Assembly: GCA_951406725.2 (NCBI GenBank) | Contig: OX597820.1 | Coordinates: forward strand, 110,174,001-110,238,000 | Direction of reading: 5' to 3' | Length of the DNA stretch: 64,000 bases | Origin: Octopus vulgaris | Lineage: Eukaryota | In this document: positions 57,425 through 64,000 of the stretch, piece after piece | Layout: every line of letters starts with the position of its first letter | How positions within the stretch are numbered: position 1 is the first letter of the stretch | The notes under the pieces: generated by a model | What the model saw: the letters and a program-made list of their open reading frames with translations, nothing else | Told to the model about the DNA's origin: nothing | Database searches by the model: none | Position numbers and translations under genes: made by a program

Positions 57425-57947
57425 GTATTGTATAGCAATTTCTATTGATACAAATTTTAATTACTCTCTCATGATACCTTCATTTGTTTGGCCACACATT
57501 AATGGCTTTGACTGTGATGTAATTTGTATGAACAAACTGTAGGACTTCAAAGATTGATATTTTAAAAATTTTAATGTCTATTGAATATTTTAAATCTGAA
57601 GATGAAAAGAAGAGTACCAATGAACTACCTACATTTCTCTAGATTAAGGTATTATGATAGTAATGAAGTTCTTTTGCTTTGCTTAATGTGACCATTGCTT
57701 AATTTTAATTGCTATTTGATAATGACTTGAGAGAATAAGAGACAAATAGCAGTCCAGAAAGAATGCTGTGTTGAGGTTGTAAAGATAGGGAAACATATAT
57801 ATAATACCTAGATATAAGGGGAGGACAGACAAATGTATCAAATATAAGTATTAAAAAGAAAAAAAAGGCAATACTTTCTGAACTATGATTGGCTTTAAGT
57901 ATTGATTCTTCAAATCTCATTAAGTTGAGGAGACTTCAATTTCTTTT

Positions 57948-59516
57948 CACTCACAAAAACTTATTCACACACCGCAAAGCATTTCATCTCAATCCTGTCT
58001 TCTTTCTGCCGCCTAAAACCTCATCTTCTCCCAATGCGCGGTGTCACTATGTCTCTCTCTCTCTCTCTCTCTCGCTATGTGGTGTCGGTTCTCCCTCTGT
58101 TTTCACTGTCTCTCTCTCTCTCTCTCTCTCTCGGTATATATCTCACCTCACTCGACAAATGTATCAAATATAAGTATTAAAAAGAAAAAAAAGGCAATAC
58201 TTTCTGAACTATGATTGGCTTTAAGTATTGATTCTTCAAATTCGTTGTCTTTCGTCTCAAATGCTAGCTGAAGCATAGAAGCATAAAAACTTTCACTCAC
58301 AAAAACTTATTCACACACCGCAAAGCATTTCATCTCAATCCTGTCTTCTTTCTGCCGCCTAAAACCTCATCTTCTCCCAATGCGCGGTGTCACTATGTCT
58401 CTCTCTCTCTCTCTCTCTCGCTATGTGGTGTCGGTTCTCCCTCTGTTTTCACTGTCTCTCTCTCTCTCTCTCTCTCGGTATATATCTCACCTTCACTCGC
58501 TTCCACAGGCTTAGCCAATACCGCAGGATGAAAAACATCAGCTAAGTTCCCGACCTGTTTCCTCTTTTCATTGTTTTTGCAAGCCTTATTATTATTGTAT
58601 CCCCATCTAATAGCGTTATCGTTGTCTTTCGTCTCAAATGCTAGCTGAAGCATAGAAGCATAAAAACTTTCACTCACAAAAACTTATTCACACACCGCAA
58701 AGCATTTCATCTCAATCCTGTCTTCTTTCTGCCGCCTAAAACCTCATCTTCTCCCAATGCGCGGTGTCACTATGTCTCTCTCTCTCTCTCTCTCTCGCTA
58801 TGTGGTGTCGGTTCTCCCTCTGTTTTCACTGTCTCTCTCTCTCTCTCTCTCGGTATATATCTCACCTTCACTCGCTTCCACAGGCTTAGCCAATACCGCA
58901 GGATGAAAAACATCAGCTAAGTTCCCGACCTGTTTCCTCTTTTCATTGTTTTTGCAAGCCTTATTATTATTGTATCCCCATCTAATAGCGTTATCGTTGT
59001 CTTTCGTCTCAAATGCTAGCTGAAGCATAGAAGCATAAAAACTTTCACTCACAAAAACTTATTCACACACCGCAAAGCATTTCATCTCAATCCTGTCTTC
59101 TTTCTGCCGCCTAAAACCTCATCTTCTCCCAATGCGCGGTGTCACTATGTCTCTCTCTCTCTCTCTCTCTCGCTATGTGGTGTCGGTTCTCCCTCTGTTT
59201 TCACTGTCTCTCTCTCTCTCTCTCTCGGTATATATCTCACCTTCACTCGCTTCCACAGGCTTAGCCAATACCGCAGGATGAAAAACATCAGCTAAGTTCC
59301 CGACCTGTTTCCTCTTTTCATTGTTTTTGCAAGCCTTATTATTATTGTATCCCCATCTAATAGCGTTATCGTTGTCTTTCGTCTCAAATGCTAGCTGAAG
59401 CATAGAAGCATGAAAACTTTCACTCACAAAAACTTATTCACACACCGCAAAGCATTTCATCTCAATCCTGTCTTCTTTCTGCCGCCTAAAACCTCATCTT
59501 CTCCCAATGCGCGGTG
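57948..59516. repeat. Young tandem array of a ~375-bp unit (3 full plus 2 partial copies)
   Basis: cactcacaaaaacttattcac recurs at 57948, 58294, 58671, 59046 and 59421. Units differ mainly in (CT)n length. Confidence 0.95.
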
Positions 59517-59733
59517 CGCCCGCCCTCCCACCCCCACCACCAATACCGGTGAACACTGTTCTCACCATCTACACCGGATACTCCCTCTTATGTTTCTCTA
59601 TCTGTCTAACTATTTATCAAATTTCTCTATCTATCTAATTTCTCTATCTATCTATCTATCTATCTATCTACATTCGTCTAAAATCAAACTTCGTATCTTC
59701 GCGCCATCTTGAAGTATGTCCCCTCTAATACAC

Positions 59734-59770
<37 letters not shown>

Positions 59771-60199
59771 TCATTCATCTACAAGCTGTAGTCCTGAGTG
59801 CAGATAAGTTGAATGCTTAATTTTCACTTCGGTTACCATTTATTTATGTTTCTCTATCTGTCTAACTATTTATCAAATTTCTCTATCTATCTAATTTCTC
59901 TATCTATCTATCTATCTATCTTCATTCGTCTAAAATCAAACTTCGTATCTTCACCCGCCCTGCCCACCCCCACCACCAATACTGGATATCTCTATATTTT
60001 GCTCCATCTATACCGGATGTCGCTTCTCCCACCACCATTATAGGTGTCTACTCTTCGAACCCCCTCTTCAATACGCTATTTCACCATGCATTACCCCTCT
60101 CTCGATATCCTACGTTCTACTTGCCTAGAACCTGTCATCATTTCTCTGAACCACCCCTCCCCACTGGTGCTCCCCTATATTTCTGCACCACCCCCCCAC

Positions 60200-60451
60200 A
60201 TAAAAAGCACCATCCGAACGTGGCCGTTGCCAGACCCCTCTGGCACCTGTGCAGGTGGCACGTAAAAAACACCCACTACACTCGCGGAGTGGTTGGCGTT
60301 AGGAAGGGCATCCAGCTGTAGAAACACTGCCAGACTAGATTGGAGCCTGGGGCAGTCCCGAGCTCCCCAGACCCCGGTCGAAACCGTCCAACCCGTGCTA
60401 GCGCGGAAAACGGACGTTAAACGATGATGATGATGATGATGATGATGATGA
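60200..60451 (+). mobile_element. RTE 3'-UTR-derived SINE-like segment with a (GAT)n tail
   Basis: Reverse-complement homologue of 13952-14200. Confidence 0.85.
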
Positions 60452-61283
60452 TAGATAACATTCACGTAATATCTCAGACAACATTCCCCAATGATTCTTT
60501 GCACCTATTCTTAATTGTGTATTTTCCTACTTGAAAGGAATTAAACTCATGTCCCTCTTCATTAGTTCTACCACAGAGTAAAGAAATTAGCTAAGCAATG
60601 AACTAGACACAAGAGAAATTACTAAATATTTTATATTAAATATGACAAAGTTTATTAGAGAAAATTATGAATGGTGGTTGAATCATTAGTGTTAACCTTA
60701 ATGCCTTGTAGTAGTTCTTCCAGCTCTTTACATTCTGAGTTCAAATTCTGCTTGGGTCAGTTTTGCTTTTCATCCTTTCAAGTTTGATATAATAAAGAAA
60801 CAGTCAAACACTGGAGTTACTGTAATGAGAAATGTTTGATCTTGTGTTTACATTAGAAACAATTATTATTACGAGAGTGTCAAATGGCATAATTAGCAGA
60901 GAGTGAATGAAATACTAGTGATATCTTGTTCTATCCCTTTACGTTTTGATTTCACATCTCACCAATGTAAACTTTACCTTTCGTCCTTCTATCAAGTACT
61001 GCATTTTATAAATTTCTTGGCTGTTCTCTCCCAAACATTTTTGTGTGACTTTGTGTCTATTTTACAAATCATTGTTATCATATCATATTCATTATATATA
61101 TAATTATCACCATATATCATGATTAGCATATTCATGATCTATGAAATATGACTAGATACATTTGGGAAAATAAGCAGAAAAATGATCAAAGTTAAATGCA
61201 GTGTGTAAATACCCAAACAATATTTTATAATTGTAGTATTGTTATTTTCTGGAATAGACTTATAGCTTATCCTTAGAAATAAT

Positions 61284-61685
61284 AGGCACAGGCTTGGCTG
61301 TGTGATCAGAAGTTTACTTCATAACCACATGATTTCAGGTTTAGTCCCACTGCATGACACCTTGAATAAGTGTCTTCTACTATAACCCCAGGCCAACCAA
61401 ACTTTTGTGAGTGGATTTGATAGATGGAAACTGAAAGATGTCTGTTGTGTGTGTTACTGTCTCCTTTCCTTGACATTGTGTGATAGTTGTAAACAAGTAT
61501 CACCAACATTCGAGCAGTATCCTTCCAATCTTTCAAGACATTTCTGGTCTTCAGGAAATATTACCTTACTTTTAAATGGGGGTGGGGTGGGTGATAAGAA
61601 GGGTATCTGGCCATAGAAAATCTGTCTTGAAAAATTCCAACCAATCCATGTGAGCACAGAAATGTGGGTATTAAAAAATATCATC
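61284..61685 (+). mobile_element. Old tRNA-type SINE
   Basis: Diverged head of the 17538/20525 family. Confidence 0.65.
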
Positions 61686-62580
61686 CCAGTTTTGTTAATT
61701 AAAACAAGATGATGGATATATATCCTTAACAGCCATAATGTTTTTTTTTAATTCAATAACTAGATTCCCAGCTTAGCAGTTGATAATTCAGACACTACTA
61801 TAATTTTCATCATGGAAAACGATATCAGACTTATTATCTGTTGTCTGTAGCTCCATAATATTTCCACTTTGTTGTTATTTTCTAAGGTTGATGGAAGATC
61901 TTTACATGGCTACCACAAAGCTTTTTGTTGGAGGAGTTAAAATTGGGTAACCAGGCATATGTAGAGTTGCTTTGCTACATTATTGTGTCTCATTACTGTT
62001 GTTGTTCTAATGCCTCCTCAACCCTCATTTTGTGAAAGTAAAAAAAAATTATTATTATTATTATTTTACTTCTTAGAGTGCTTGGTCTTGTTTGCTCTGG
62101 TTGATCCTGTGAGAGCAAACAGCAACCTGTTGTCAGAGGTTTCACAGGGTTTCTTTCTACACATTATAAGCTTTGATACTTTAGCTGTTAATTATCATGG
62201 AACACATTCAACATCGTCGTTGTCGTCATCTTCAAAGTGCAGTGGGTGATGGTCTTAATGAATTATAAGACAAAGAATTTTTTGATACTTAACTACATAC
62301 CTTTCTGTTCTGAATTTTCATCATTTTGAGGTAACTTTGTATGTTTCCTTCCAGGGCAATGAAATAAAGTGCCAGTTAAGTACTAGAGTTAATTAAAGCA
62401 ATTTAACTACTTCAAAATGTTTGCTCATTAGCTTATGTTAAAAGATCATGAAGTCTTTGTTAAAATCCCACTTTTGCTTGGACCATGTATTCTTATGACT
62501 GAAAATATAGTCTAATTTTTAAGATATAATTGGCACTTAATATGTTCTTCACATTTTACAATAAATTTTTCATATTTCAG

Positions 62581-62643
62581 GCTCTTATGAATGGTTTCTT
62601 TAACTTTGAAACATTTGATGTGGATGAATATGAATATTATGAG
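62581..62643 (+). CDS. CDC14: CDC14 coding exon (ALMNGFFNFETFDVDEYEYYE)
   Basis: tttcag acceptor, GAG|gtactg donor; 63 bp, phase 0-0. Matches CDC14 GFF.FETFDVDEYE.YE. Confidence 0.95.
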
Positions 62644-62782
62644 GTACTGTTCATTTATTTTTGCTATATTGTATACTTGTGTACACTTCTTTGTTATCAT
62701 CAGCTGAGTAATTCCTCTTGATATATAACTTTGCTTTAAAAACTTTCTCTCAACATTTTCAGTGGTAATAATATAATTTTTG

Positions 62783-62832
<50 letters not shown>

Positions 62833-63514
62833 GTGCTTGCGCACACACACGGGCAAGAAAAGTAGAATACCTTACCAAGATATTACAGCAGTTGAAGGAA
62901 TGTTGTGTCGACTATTTTGACATCAACTGGTTAAACAGCACACCCTACATAGATTACAGAGTAGTGTCAATTATGCACTGCAGTCAAATACTATATAATA
63001 AAAAAATTAGAGGTATTTTGAAAAGACAGGCTAAGTTAATGTCAAAATGCCATCACAAAAGCAAATTCTACCTGGCAAATTACAACAGAAAAAAAACCTA
63101 ATTCATGTCCCATGGCTGAAGCCTACAGCATACTATCTTGCCACGCTCAACCCCAACAATAATTCCATTAAGATTTAAAACATTTTTTGTTGTTATTAGC
63201 AATATTTCAGCCATTTGTTGATTGCACCTTTGACAAGAAACTTATATAAATGGAAAGTTTGTCAACTTTAACTATTATCTAATAATATACAGAGCACAAT
63301 AGGTTTTAATCTGGGTTTATTCTTTTAATAAAACTTGGTATTGATACATTGAGAATACTATTCTAAGTAGCTTTATCATCTTCCTTTGAACAGGTGTCCC
63401 CCAGGAATTGCCTATAAACATGCACATCTCCACAACATATATATATATATTGCTTTTATATCCATGAAACTTGCTGTAATGCCAGTCTAAGTTACAAACT
63501 GTATGAGTGTGTGC

Positions 63515-63564
<50 letters not shown>

Positions 63565-64000
63565 GTACTCAGTGCATGACACAGAATACCATTATATTTA
63601 TTTGGGTGAGGTGGTTTGCCATGGCTTACTACAAATCCAGTACATTTTTTAAAGTGATACTCTGCTTCTTCTTTTATGAATAGGGCATATTATTCCCTCC
63701 TTTAGTTTGTCTGGGAGCTTATCGTTTGCAAGGAAGCTCTGCAAAAGAAGTTGCAGTGGTTTTGCAAGGATTCATTTGCATGACTTGAGAAGGATTGCTA
63801 GGAATCCATTGGGACCAGCAGCTGAGTTTGCGTCGACATCATCTGTTACCAGTATTACTTCCTCTTCTGATGTAGTCAATTTTTTCTGCCTCCCTTTCTA
63901 CTCCTGTAGTGTAAAGAATTCTACAGGTTTGCTAACTTGCTTGTACTGTAAGGGTTGAGTGAAGACACTTTTGAATTGTTCATTCAGTGTTTCACTTATC

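Noticed and set aside
57948-59516. 375-bp tandem unit as a retrozyme, or its repeated 84-94 aa ORF as a gene
   Set aside because: No CUGANGA...GAAA core with stems on either strand (only CTGAAGC and CTGATGT). The ORF runs through (GA)n and changes frame with repeat length.

Overview
AT-rich, microsatellite-dense animal genomic DNA. The SINE/RTE/Penelope repeat content suggests an octopus or other coleoid cephalopod; this is an inference. The only host gene I can support is four small + strand coding exons of a CDC14-family dual-specificity phosphatase (42357-42449, 48361-48443, 57358-57424, 62581-62643). They splice in frame. I found no upstream exon, so the first ~42 kb is probably one large intron. 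The rest is transposon-derived: a full-length decayed mariner, two deleted mariner copies, an R4/Dong-like RLE LINE, RTE fragments, Helitron ends and RepHel fragments, tRNA-type SINEs, and a decayed Gypsy-like LTR element with a tRNA-Trp PBS, an internal duplication, a 24-bp minisatellite and a nested foldback element. There is also a young ~375-bp tandem array and (TA)n tracts up to ~2.5 kb. The most interesting signal is a set of about seven sequence-unrelated, short, mostly non-coding Penelope-pLTR/retrozyme-like elements. They carry type I hammerhead ribozyme motifs, sit in or beside (TA)n or other microsatellites, and are often arranged as foldback palindromes. Nearly all ORFs in the supplied track are microsatellite or TE artefacts.
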